From a virus, in IMG/VR virus record IMGVR_UViG_3300024343_000039: a stretch of 38,361 nucleotides of DNA; one strand, written 5' to 3'. This document shows positions 16,880 to 24,453 of the stretch, piece after piece. Within the stretch, counting starts at the first letter, position 1. Each line of letters starts with the position of its first letter. Position numbers and translations under genes: made by a program. Below the pieces are notes generated by a model. That model was given only the letters and a program-made list of their open reading frames with translations, was not told the DNA's origin and ran no database searches.

Positions 16880-17007
16880 TGGTTCTGTTGGTTGGTGTTG
16901 CCTGCTGGCAACGAGAAGACAATCCACCATGTGTTGAATTTAATCAACAGAAAAATGCAGAATGGATGAAGAATCCTCTGCAACCCGCTTAAACACTAGG
17001 AATTATT

Positions 17008-17394
17008 TTACTCCAATTCGTCGTCGAGACCGGGGTAGGACCACATTGGGGCTGGTTCTGGGACATCTTCAGGCGAAATTCCACGCTCGTCGATGATCAG
17101 TGCTTTGGCAAGGATAGCGTAGTTGACGAGGTCGAGGCAGGCATCCTCCGCAGACTCATTCGGTACAGCTAGCTTGCCATCATTTGCGAACGAGCGCAGG
17201 CGTTGCAACTTGTCCTGCATGCGTAGCAGCAGACCAGTGATAGGATGCAACCCTAGTGACTCACTCGCTTTGAAGTTTGCTAATGCATCGTGTGCATGCT
17301 CACCTCCAGAGTAGTCGTTATTTTTTACATCCATGATTGCCAACGCTTGTCGGCAAGTTTCCGTATGTACTTTCAGTAGTGCTTGTTTGTTCAT
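17008..17394 (-). CDS. DUF1599-like protein (nucleotide-modification-associated domain 1), 128 aa
   Basis: KNNDYSGG...ITGLLLRMQDKLQRLRSF...ESAEDACLDLVNYAILA matches my recollection of the DUF1599 pattern (DYG...R..DKl.Rl...E...D...NYa). Confidence 0.5.
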   Translation of the reverse strand: MNKQALLKVHTETCRQALAIMDVKNNDYSGGEHAHDALANFKASESLGLHPITGLLLRMQDKLQRLRSFANDGKLAVPNESAEDACLDLVNYAILAKALIIDERGISPEDVPEPAPMWSYPGLDDELE

Positions 17395-17548
17395 TTGGTT
17401 TTGTTTTCCATGTTTTATAGTTACTCTCGTCGGCAAAGAAAGGGTCATTCTTCAGCAACCACCGCTCGCACGCTCGGCGCACGTCTAGGAACATCTCCTG
17501 CGGGAGACCATCTTCAGCTAGTGTTGGGTTGCGTACAAACCTAGGCAT
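17318..17548 (-). CDS. Hypothetical protein, 76 aa from ATG 17548
   Basis: ATG preceded by an AC-rich leader. Its 3' end overlaps the DUF1599-like gene start by 77 nt. Confidence 0.4.
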   Translation of the reverse strand: MPRFVRNPTLAEDGLPQEMFLDVRRACERWLLKNDPFFADESNYKTWKTKPNEQTSTTESTYGNLPTSVGNHGCKK

Positions 17549-17619
17549 AGTCGTTGTCGTTTGGGTAGAACATAACAAGACAGACAACTGCCATGATCAC
17601 CAGAAAAGATGTAATGTCC

Positions 17620-17853
17620 TCATGCATTGAGTAGTCGGTATTTGACCTTTGATAAGTCCTCACAAGCTTTCACCAACTCAGACGCATCGTGTGCGTTAGT
17701 GAGTTCAGCTAGCTCTTCCTGCAAACACTCCAAGCAGACTCGTCCACCTCTGGCTGCACGCTCGCAGTCGTCACGCTCGCACGTGCTGTACGTGCTAGGC
17801 CACAGTGGGAATTGATACTGAATGTCGTAGATGATTTGTTCTATTGATCTCAT
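17620..17853 (-). CDS. Hypothetical Cys-containing protein, 77 aa
   Basis: CERDDCERAARGGRVCLEC; ATGA overlap with the upstream gene. Confidence 0.5.
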   Translation of the reverse strand: MRSIEQIIYDIQYQFPLWPSTYSTCERDDCERAARGGRVCLECLQEELAELTNAHDASELVKACEDLSKVKYRLLNA

Positions 17854-18170
17854 GATAGGTCTAGCACTTTGAGTTCGTATCTGTTGGTCTTATCGTTCTT
17901 CTTCCACCCGTGGATCAGAATCTTCCACCCAGCCCTGCGTAAGCAGTCTAGGTATGGTGACTCGGACATCTTCTTGGCTCGCGCAGACACATTGTTCCAA
18001 GATGTAGTCTGGACCGCAATGGTCTCGCTCCCAGCGCATGCCAGCACGTCCACGAATCCAAACAGGTCTTTGCGGCGGCGTGAGAACTGACACCAATGCT
18101 CGACCACCTGAACGCAGTCTGTGGCCTTGCGTAGTTCCTTTAGTGTAAGCTGTGTGGGTGAGGTTTTCAT
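17850..18170 (-). CDS. Possible PD-(D/E)XK-fold nuclease / resolvase-like protein, 106 aa
   Basis: DLFGFVDVLA...ETIAVQTTS resembles the D...(D/E)xK core strands, but the Lys is not evident. Confidence 0.3.
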   Translation of the reverse strand: MKTSPTQLTLKELRKATDCVQVVEHWCQFSRRRKDLFGFVDVLACAGSETIAVQTTSWNNVSARAKKMSESPYLDCLRRAGWKILIHGWKKNDKTNRYELKVLDLS

Positions 18171-18514
18171 TTGAGCTTCTTGATCACGAATGTAGCCTTC
18201 TCGCGGAATACCTCGTCGTTACGGGTAAGGAAGTCTGCACGCTCCTTGGCTGCGATGACGGTGGTATGGTTCTTCCTCTGGAAGATGCGAGCGGTATCGG
18301 CAAGCGTGTGGTCCTCGCTAACCAGTGCCATTGCTAGCGTCCTAGCCTGCGATGGTACAGGCTGCTTGTCGTAGGCGAATATCTGAGCTGGATGCACTCC
18401 AAATGTATCAGCAACTGCGCTGATGATTCGCATGGCTTTATTCTTGGACATGCGGTGACCCAACTCCGCGCATAGCTCGTCGGTGGTAAGGTCGGAAACG
18501 TGTGTGACTTTCAT
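18167..18514 (-). CDS. Orphan DnaA domain-IV-like DNA-binding protein, 115 aa
   Basis: SQARTLAMALVSEDHTLADTARIFQRKNHTTVIAAKER parallels E. coli DnaA [39 protein letters not shown]. There is no AAA+ domain. Confidence 0.65.
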   Translation of the reverse strand: MKVTHVSDLTTDELCAELGHRMSKNKAMRIISAVADTFGVHPAQIFAYDKQPVPSQARTLAMALVSEDHTLADTARIFQRKNHTTVIAAKERADFLTRNDEVFREKATFVIKKLK

Positions 18515-18523
18515 TAGAAAATG

Positions 18524-18554
18524 TTTGCCCTGCGCGCAACCCTCGGAGCCAAGG
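18524..18554 (-). promoter_or_regulatory. Conserved 31-nt leader element, copy A, 9 nt upstream of ATG 18514
   Basis: On the minus strand: CCTTGGCTCCGAGGGTT-N6-AGGGCAAA. The same element with the same spacing occurs at 18869-18899. Confidence 0.5.
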
Positions 18555-18586
18555 GACAGAACCCACCTGCACGCTGGTGGTGATTG

Positions 18587-18859
18587 TTATGCGTTATTAG
18601 CTACTAGGTCAATAGCAGAGCAGCGGACGATGATGCCGTTGCCCTTAGCTGGAGCGAACTTGTCTACCCGATGTTCTAGGTTGCGGATGTATGCTACTTC
18701 GTTTGCATTACTAGGTATGACCCTATAGAAGTCACCCTTGATTTGCCTTGAATTGAAGACTGGTGTTCCGTAGCGCATATCCTTCTCCTCACGAATGATA
18801 TCGGGATTTTTGACTTTGGTTTTCGCGCCAAATTTAAGTGTACGTGTGATGTAGTTCAT
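18587..18859 (-). CDS. Hypothetical protein, 90 aa, flanked by the 31-nt element
   Basis: ATG-initiated ORF with no recognisable motif. Confidence 0.55.
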   Translation of the reverse strand: MNYITRTLKFGAKTKVKNPDIIREEKDMRYGTPVFNSRQIKGDFYRVIPSNANEVAYIRNLEHRVDKFAPAKGNGIIVRCSAIDLVANNA

Positions 18860-18868
18860 GGAAAGTGA

Positions 18869-18899
18869 TTTGCCCTATGGTGAACCCTCGGAGCCAAGG
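18869..18899 (-). promoter_or_regulatory. Conserved 31-nt leader element, copy B, 9 nt upstream of ATG 18859
   Basis: 25 of 31 positions are identical to copy A (blocks of 8 and 17 are perfect; the central hexamer differs). Confidence 0.5.
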
Positions 18900-18934
18900 A
18901 ATGCGATGATCATGTCACCAATCATGAATGGGAA

Positions 18935-19162
18935 TTAGAAAGGAATCTCGTCGGTCTCTTCCTTAGCCGCAGGTTTAGCCGCAGCCTTGTCGTCGATCTT
19001 CAAGCTAATGAACTTGCCAGACTTGCCCTCGCGGAGCCATCCAGCTAGTTGATACTCCTTGCCGTCAACGTCGATCTTGCCCTTGTATGCAGGACGCTTT
19101 GGGTTGTCGCCCACATCGTTCTTAAACAGAATGCCCGTATTTGTGTTGTCGTAGTTACTCAT
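18935..19162 (-). CDS. Mini ssDNA-binding-like protein with an SSB-type acidic C-terminal tip, 75 aa
   Basis: C-terminus EETDEIPF compared with bacterial SSB DDDIPF. The core PAYKGKIDVDGKEYQLAGWLREGKSGKFISLKID is a DUF736-like beta pattern. Sits in the recombination module. Confidence 0.45.
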   Translation of the reverse strand: MSNYDNTNTGILFKNDVGDNPKRPAYKGKIDVDGKEYQLAGWLREGKSGKFISLKIDDKAAAKPAAKEETDEIPF

Positions 19163-19165
19163 GGT

Positions 19166-19969
19166 TTACTTTTGTTTTGTTGCCCATTTGGGGGGGGAGA
19201 TTGTTTGGATGCCATCAATTGCAGGTGGGAATGTTTTCGTCTGCACGCACTGGTTCCACTTGGCTAGTGCCTGCATGTAACCTTGCCTTCCAAGCTTAAT
19301 GAATTCCTCGTCGAGCAGGACGGTTGCCATCTCGAAAGGACGATCAACTGCCATGAAGACGATGATGAACTCATTGCGTTCTTCGCCAGATGCCATGTTC
19401 CACAGGTCGAGGTAAAGTGCAGCCTGCCAGTGGTAGCCTCTGTTGATGATGAGCGAGGTCAGTTGCTCCAAGCTCTCAATGCTCTGGGTGGTTTTTAGGT
19501 CAATCAGCGACAAGCCCTCGGACGGCACAAGGTCGATCATGCACTTGCAGGATGTGCCGAAAACCTCGGCAAACACAGCAACCTCAGTGCGGTAGTCTGG
19601 AAGATGCTCGATTGCAGGATTTTTGCGAAACGCATAACCCGCTGACTCTGCGCGGATGTACTCGTCTGCTGTAATCACCTTGAGGTTAGTCATGCTGTCG
19701 CGCCACTCACGTGCTTCCTTGGTGCGAAAGTCGTTATATGGTGACACGATGTATTCCACTTCCAGCTTGTGCGGCTCAAGGCAGGCAGTGTGGTACAGAG
19801 TGCCAGTACGCATGGCTGGGGTGCTTTCCCTGTCCTTGCTTTTGTTGTACCATCTGTACGGACTCTGGTTAAAGTCCCAGAGCAGGGATTTGCTCACGGG
19901 ACCAGAAAGGTCTCTGGGTGTTGCGGTCTTGGTGTAGTATTCCTCGCCAAGGTTTTGAATGATTTTCAT
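19166..19969 (-). CDS. PD-(D/E)XK exonuclease (DUF3799 / exonuclease-VIII-like), 267 aa
   Basis: GTLYHTACLEP...MIDLVP...LIDLKTTQS...YHWQAALY matches the PDDEXK exonuclease pattern. Close to the ERF gene, separated from it by one 63-aa ORF. Confidence 0.65.
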   Translation of the reverse strand: MKIIQNLGEEYYTKTATPRDLSGPVSKSLLWDFNQSPYRWYNKSKDRESTPAMRTGTLYHTACLEPHKLEVEYIVSPYNDFRTKEAREWRDSMTNLKVITADEYIRAESAGYAFRKNPAIEHLPDYRTEVAVFAEVFGTSCKCMIDLVPSEGLSLIDLKTTQSIESLEQLTSLIINRGYHWQAALYLDLWNMASGEERNEFIIVFMAVDRPFEMATVLLDEEFIKLGRQGYMQALAKWNQCVQTKTFPPAIDGIQTISPPKWATKQK

Positions 19970-19970
19970 A

Positions 19971-20162
19971 TTAGCGTCCTGAGTGTGTTCTGAATATTTG
20001 TCCGTTGCGTTTTACCTGTCCGTAGCCGTTGTAGCCAATGACTCGGCGGCGGGAGGTGTCTACTGGTTTGGGTTGCACTTGAGCCTCGACCAACTCCTTG
20101 CGTCTTTGCTCGGCGGCAGCAGCCTCGGCGGTAAGTTGTGCGTAGTAAGCATTTGCGTTCAT
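19971..20162 (-). CDS. Hypothetical protein, 63 aa
   Basis: ORF tightly packed between the ERF and exonuclease genes. Confidence 0.5.
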   Translation of the reverse strand: MNANAYYAQLTAEAAAAEQRRKELVEAQVQPKPVDTSRRRVIGYNGYGQVKRNGQIFRTHSGR

Positions 20163-20740
20163 GCAGCACCCCCTAGCTTCTTGGCCTTGGCATCTAGGCT
20201 TGCGTTAGCTTTGGTCACAGCAGGCTTGGTGAGTTCGCTGAGGGACTTGACTGCGAGGTACTTCAGAAACGCCTCCTCGTCCACTCCAAGCCCCTCCATA
20301 CGGGTCTTGAGCGATGCGATGTCATCCTTGCTCGCTGGAGCCGCAGTACGGGCGTGTGCAGCAGATTGACCATCGTCGTCCTCTTGGGCGATGCCAGTCA
20401 TCGCAGCGAGAGCATAGCGACGAAGATAGGTGGTTGACGCTCCCACACCCTGCGCGTCAGACTTGGCTGGGACGCATGATGCAGTGCTGCTGATATATCC
20501 ACCCTCGGCGTGGAGGATGGTTGTGGTGACACTCACTAGACTGCCGTCATAGGAGGTGGACTGGACGATAGACAGACCATGCGAGGCGAACACAGGTCGG
20601 ACTGTGTTGAGTACCTCAGCGAGGTCGGCATAGCGATTCTTAAAATGTGGGTTGATGCTACCCTTGGTAGCGTTCTCCACTTCTGACTGTGCTTGTGCTA
20701 GAGCTTTGTTCAGCCCTGCGGTTGTGTGTTCTAGGTTCAT
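20159..20740 (-). CDS. erf: ERF-family single-strand annealing protein, 193 aa
   Basis: NPHFKNRYADLAEVLNTVRPVFASHGLSIVQ is the ERF core motif. The ATG is preceded by CCAATAGAACAAACCA. Confidence 0.75.
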   Translation of the reverse strand: MNLEHTTAGLNKALAQAQSEVENATKGSINPHFKNRYADLAEVLNTVRPVFASHGLSIVQSTSYDGSLVSVTTTILHAEGGYISSTASCVPAKSDAQGVGASTTYLRRYALAAMTGIAQEDDDGQSAAHARTAAPASKDDIASLKTRMEGLGVDEEAFLKYLAVKSLSELTKPAVTKANASLDAKAKKLGGAA

Positions 20741-20808
20741 TGGTTTGTTCTATTGGTTGCTGGTATTGTGACCAGTTGTTGATAGCAAACAGCAATTTAG
20801 ACTTGCGG

Positions 20809-21030
20809 TCAATATTTTTTTTGCAGGGAGATGTAACCAGTTGCATTCCAATGTCTTACGACTTGCTTTGGATGCCAGTCTGCCATGAATGATCGTGGGC
20901 TTTTTGTATCACACACGCAAGTAATGTAGGTTACACCCGGCTCGTAACGCAACTCGTTATAGGGCTTCTTGCAGCTACACTTACGCATGAGGCGGCGTGC
21001 CTCGTCGAACTCCCAGTCCTCGTCGGTCAT
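20809..21030 (-). CDS. Cys-rich small protein, 73 aa from ATG 21030 (possibly Lar-like)
   Basis: CSCKK...CVCD...HWNA pattern. The start was reset to the ATG that overlaps the upstream stop as ATGA. Confidence 0.35.
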   Translation of the reverse strand: MTDEDWEFDEARRLMRKCSCKKPYNELRYEPGVTYITCVCDTKSPRSFMADWHPKQVVRHWNATGYISLQKKY

Positions 21031-21182
21031 CGGTTGCTCTCTGCCCATATCAACCCTGCATTGGCGGCGGCGTACGATAGGTACACCAACGCCCACGGTG
21101 CGTCACCTTTCAGTGCGTAGCTTGCCCCGGCTGCCGTGTAGAGTAACATAGCAGCTAGGACAATTATTTGCTCAAATGCCAT
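21027..21182 (-). CDS. Unlisted small membrane protein, 51 aa (MAFEQIIVLAAMLLYTAAGASYALKGDAPWALVYLSYAAANAGLIWAESNR)
   Basis: Hand translation gives two hydrophobic helices; ATGA overlap with the next gene. Confidence 0.45.
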   Translation of the reverse strand: MAFEQIIVLAAMLLYTAAGASYALKGDAPWALVYLSYAAANAGLIWAESNR

Positions 21183-21187
21183 ACATT

Positions 21188-21409
21188 CTAGGCAATGGAG
21201 TAGAAGAAGTTTCTCGTCGTTTTACGGACGTTAATCTTCCCTGCCTTGACTGCGTCATTCAGCATGCGCCTTGAGGCATGGATGCCCATCTCAATCTTGT
21301 CAGCGTACTCTTGCACGGTGAACTCGTCGTCTCGTTGCTTCTCTGCTGCTCCAGTAAGGAGTATGGCTTGTTCTAATGCGCTTAACGCTACTTCTGCTTT
21401 TGTTTTCAT
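21188..21409 (-). CDS. Small HTH-like DNA-binding protein, 73 aa from ATG 21409
   Basis: FTVQEYADKIEMGIHASRRMLNDAVKAGKI is a helix-turn-helix-like pattern. The ATG is preceded by AACCAAACCAAACAAACCA. Confidence 0.4.
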   Translation of the reverse strand: MKTKAEVALSALEQAILLTGAAEKQRDDEFTVQEYADKIEMGIHASRRMLNDAVKAGKINVRKTTRNFFYSIA

Positions 21410-21434
21410 TGGTTTGTTTGGTTTGGTTTTGTTA

Positions 21435-22166
21435 TCAGAGAATTCCATGAGGGCTGACCCATACGCCATCCTCGTTGGTCGCGTGCCATGCCTGCCACGA
21501 ACCCGTCTTGGTGTTGATGAGTCCAAACAGGAATCCCTGCCTCCATCCATGCTTGGCTTGGTATCGGTCCGCATAGGTCATCTGGTCGATGTCAGCAAGA
21601 CATCCAACTGAGAATGCCATGCCGCCATCCAAATGGCGAGCGTGATAGGTGGCTGGGGCGTGTACGTGACCGTGGATTACACTACCCCACCCGTCGAAAT
21701 GTGCCTTGGCTGCGTGAATGGAGGACTTGAACCCGTGAATCAACTTTGGTCCACCCTCTGGAAGCCGCAGGTAGCGTGATACGTGATAGGGGCAGGTCTT
21801 TATTTTTAGCGTCTTGAACTCGTCCTCAAGCATGCGCCAGTATTCGGTGCAACGCTCGCGCAGCATGCCGTCAGCGCAGTGGGTAGAGTGCAGGGCTAGC
21901 CTATCATCGTGATTCCCGATTGTGAGGTAATGGGGCTTGTACTCCTGAAGGAACTCCATGCCCATACGGACATCGTCGGCAATGCCGTCTGCCCGCTCCT
22001 CAATAGAGGCTCCGCGCCTAAGGGGGCTGAGGTCGATGAAATCCCCCAAATGCACCCTGTAGTCGGGCTTCCACGTCTTCATGAAGGCTAGTGCCTTCTT
22101 CTTTGCCTTTTCACAGATTAGGTTGCCGTGATTATCCGCGACTACCATGAACTTTTTGTAGGTCAT
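21435..22166 (-). CDS. Calcineurin-like metallophosphoesterase, 243 aa from ATG 22166
   Basis: The motifs VVADNHG, GDFIDL, GNHDD and GHVH occur in the canonical order. Confidence 0.8.
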   Translation of the reverse strand: MTYKKFMVVADNHGNLICEKAKKKALAFMKTWKPDYRVHLGDFIDLSPLRRGASIEERADGIADDVRMGMEFLQEYKPHYLTIGNHDDRLALHSTHCADGMLRERCTEYWRMLEDEFKTLKIKTCPYHVSRYLRLPEGGPKLIHGFKSSIHAAKAHFDGWGSVIHGHVHAPATYHARHLDGGMAFSVGCLADIDQMTYADRYQAKHGWRQGFLFGLINTKTGSWQAWHATNEDGVWVSPHGIL

Positions 22167-22459
22167 TGTTTTGTTGGTTTGGTTTGCAGTTTGTCCCAAG
22201 CAGGGAAAAACAAGTGGTCCAAGCACCTGACAACACCCTCTTCAACTTCCTCGAAAGGTTTGCAGTGACCGATGCCTCCGATAGCGAAAGCAGCGTGCAT
22301 CATTTCGTGTCTGAGTGTGTCAACCATGTCCTTGGTATTCCCCTTCCTAAGTGCTATCGTGAGATCGTCAAGCGAAAAACTACCGAAATCCTCAAGATTC
22401 TCGACAACGGTGATCTTCACGCGCAGCCCGCCGATTGGGATATGCTTTGGAAAGTTCAT
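22163..22459 (-). CDS. Minimal HExxH (zincin-like) protein, 98 aa from ATG 22459
   Basis: TLRHEMMHAAFAIGG. ATGA overlaps on both sides tie it to the endolysin and the phosphoesterase. Confidence 0.4.
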   Translation of the reverse strand: MNFPKHIPIGGLRVKITVVENLEDFGSFSLDDLTIALRKGNTKDMVDTLRHEMMHAAFAIGGIGHCKPFEEVEEGVVRCLDHLFFPAWDKLQTKPTKQ

Positions 22460-23028
22460 TTTGGTTTGGTGAATTCCATGTGCATCGCGTCTCTCCCCCA
22501 GAAAGCTCCAGCGGGAGTTGCTCCTTCCTTTGCAAACTCCTCCATCACCTCTATAGGCATGTTGGCACTGCTGGGCCAAGCCTCGCGGTTGCCATTCGTG
22601 CTGGGGGCAAGGTCCACGGCGGCACCCCTAGCGTGCAGGGAGGGCAGTGAGCCTCCGCGCATGGGTCGGTTGTTGTAGCATCCTGCGTACTCCTTCAGCA
22701 CCCACGCATGAGGTGTTTTGGATAGCTTCTCAAGCACCCTGTGGAGGCTGGGAGCTACCTTGTGGTGGCAGCGGATCGTTCTCACGTCCTTGCCGTCATA
22801 ACGCACGCCTAGGTCGCTGACAACTAGGCTAACTAGCTGTGACTCGTCACCTGCCTTTCCGTAGTAGGCAGTTAGGGAGGCTTGGTCAGAGTTTGGCCAA
22901 GGATTGCGTTCTAGGGGCATAAATGCCCTTAGGTGGGCCTTGCATGCCTTTATGGATGCTGGACCCCAGAACCCGTCTGGAGTCGCTCCTACGCGCTGCT
23001 GGAGCGCAATAATTTGATTGTGGTTCAT
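22456..23028 (-). CDS. Endolysin: peptidoglycan-binding domain plus M15-type peptidase, 190 aa
   Basis: N-terminus LQQRVGATPDGFWGPASIKA is PG_binding_1-like. The C-terminus has SLHARGAAVDL...DAMHMEF, the H-x-D...H metal ligands of VanY/M15 peptidases. Confidence 0.8.
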   Translation of the reverse strand: MNHNQIIALQQRVGATPDGFWGPASIKACKAHLRAFMPLERNPWPNSDQASLTAYYGKAGDESQLVSLVVSDLGVRYDGKDVRTIRCHHKVAPSLHRVLEKLSKTPHAWVLKEYAGCYNNRPMRGGSLPSLHARGAAVDLAPSTNGNREAWPSSANMPIEVMEEFAKEGATPAGAFWGRDAMHMEFTKPK

Positions 23029-23073
23029 GGCTGCTTGAATTGCGGTTAACAGGTCAAGCTAGCGTTGACCTAC

Positions 23074-23250
23074 TCACCAATTTCTAATCAGCTTCCAGAG
23101 GGAAAGCAACCCTACTATGATACCAATCCCAAGCGAAGTCATGCGGGTTCCCCACTCCAGTTGCTCTTGGAACGAGGTCACAAACCCCAGTGCCGGGGCT
23201 GCTGTTCCTACAAAACCGTGCAGGAGGTCTCTGCCTTGATCAGCGGTCAT
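23074..23250 (-). CDS. Unlisted membrane protein of the lysis cassette, 58 aa
   Basis: Hand translation MTADQGRDLLHGFVGTAAPALGFVTSF...MTSLGIGIIVGLLSLWKLIRNW; ATGA overlap with the holin-like ORF. Confidence 0.45.
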   Translation of the reverse strand: MTADQGRDLLHGFVGTAAPALGFVTSFQEQLEWGTRMTSLGIGIIVGLLSLWKLIRNW

Positions 23251-23399
23251 TTGTTGTCCCTAGCTTTGATTAAGCCGAATCCTGCGGTGACTGCGGCAAA
23301 TGCGCCAACAAAGTCGGGTGCGCCACCATTAAGGAGTTGAATGCCAACGTTGGAAAGTGTGGCGACGATAGTGAGAATCCCAAGTGCGGTAGTTTTCAT
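23247..23399 (-). CDS. Unlisted holin-like membrane protein, 50 aa
   Basis: Hand translation MKTTALGILTIVATLSNVGIQLLNGGAPDFVGAFAAVTAGFGLIKARDNK: two hydrophobic segments and a charged C-terminus, two ORFs upstream of the endolysin (separated by the 58-aa membrane ORF). Confidence 0.5.
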   Translation of the reverse strand: MKTTALGILTIVATLSNVGIQLLNGGAPDFVGAFAAVTAGFGLIKARDNK

Positions 23400-23417
23400 A
23401 GTGTATTTATTTAATTG

Positions 23418-24320
23418 TTATGCGACTTTACGTGCAATGATATAAGACCTTTTCCTTGTGCTGTTAGCTACAGCACTAGCTGAACTTTGGCAAAACTCAA
23501 GTGAAACTTCAGTATTGTTAGTGAGAACCTCAAGAAGACCCATAAGTTGTCTTTTGTTGGTCAAAAGCGAAGTGCTTGTTATGTCCCTTGTGGACAGTGT
23601 TGTTGCATCACTAGCTGCAATAGAGTTTGTGGTGTTTCCAGTATCAGATCCATATTGCTCAAATAGAGTGATTCTAATGTTTGAGCTTGCTCTAAGTCCA
23701 AACAGGTAACCACCGTTCCCGATTGCAGTTGAACTAGCGGCAATGCATGAGTCAATCTGATACATACCAACAGGAAGGGTGACAGATGTCAGCTTAATTG
23801 GGGTAGTGTTTGTGGATGACACACTTTCAGTTTTGATTCCAATATATGCAGTTCCATATCTGGTATCACCAAGTCCAACGGTAAGTGCACTTGAGCTGTT
23901 GGTAATGGACTGACCAGTGAGCTGTAGTTGACCAGCAAGAGTCAACGCTACGGATTCGACCTTCGCCTTGATGTAGTTCCAAACGGTGCTGAACTTCGAC
24001 TTGCGGGTTTGATTTGGTGTGGCTACTGCCGAAACGCCAATGAAGTCATCGTCAGCAACGGTTGCATTTTCCGTGGAAAGGTTGATCGACTGACCTACAG
24101 CAAGCGTTCCGTTGGCTTGGAACTTGGCAAGTTTGTCGGCATCCAGCGCGCCACCGCCACCAGCACTTGCATCAAGCGCAACATAAGTTGCTGCCGTATC
24201 AAGAGCAATGGCAGCGTTAACTGCGGCATTGGTGTTCTCTAGTGCGTTGATCGCGTTGCGAGCATCTAGGGCAATAGTACTCAGCTCGACGCTAGGGATT
24301 GGGAATGCTGTAAAGGACAT
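23418..24320 (-). CDS. Fibre- or spike-like structural protein, 300 aa
   Basis: Ala/Asn/Thr-rich N-terminal helix (NAINALENTNAAVNAAIALD) and a Ser/Thr-rich beta C-terminus. Confidence 0.4.
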   Translation of the reverse strand: MSFTAFPIPSVELSTIALDARNAINALENTNAAVNAAIALDTAATYVALDASAGGGGALDADKLAKFQANGTLAVGQSINLSTENATVADDDFIGVSAVATPNQTRKSKFSTVWNYIKAKVESVALTLAGQLQLTGQSITNSSSALTVGLGDTRYGTAYIGIKTESVSSTNTTPIKLTSVTLPVGMYQIDSCIAASSTAIGNGGYLFGLRASSNIRITLFEQYGSDTGNTTNSIAASDATTLSTRDITSTSLLTNKRQLMGLLEVLTNNTEVSLEFCQSSASAVANSTRKRSYIIARKVA

Positions 24321-24328
24321 GGTGTTGT

Positions 24329-24451
24329 TTAGTAATTTAGTGTGATTGTGTCTCCATTAACGGTAATTGCATCACCAAGGTAGGTGATCATAACTGGTTC
24401 CCTGTCGAGGACTGAGCTTACCATTGAGATTGCTAGTGCTAGTGCGTTCAT
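24329..24451 (-). CDS. Unlisted small ORF, 40 aa
   Basis: ATG 24451 follows the upstream stop by 2 nt; it fills the gap between two structural genes. Confidence 0.35.
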   Translation of the reverse strand: MNALALAISMVSSVLDREPVMITYLGDAITVNGDTITLNY

Positions 24452-24453
24452 GA

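Noticed and set aside
23065-23340. 91-aa plus-strand ORF.
   Set aside because: It is antisense to two tightly coupled, clearly membrane-protein-like minus-strand ORFs of the lysis cassette, so it is a shadow ORF.
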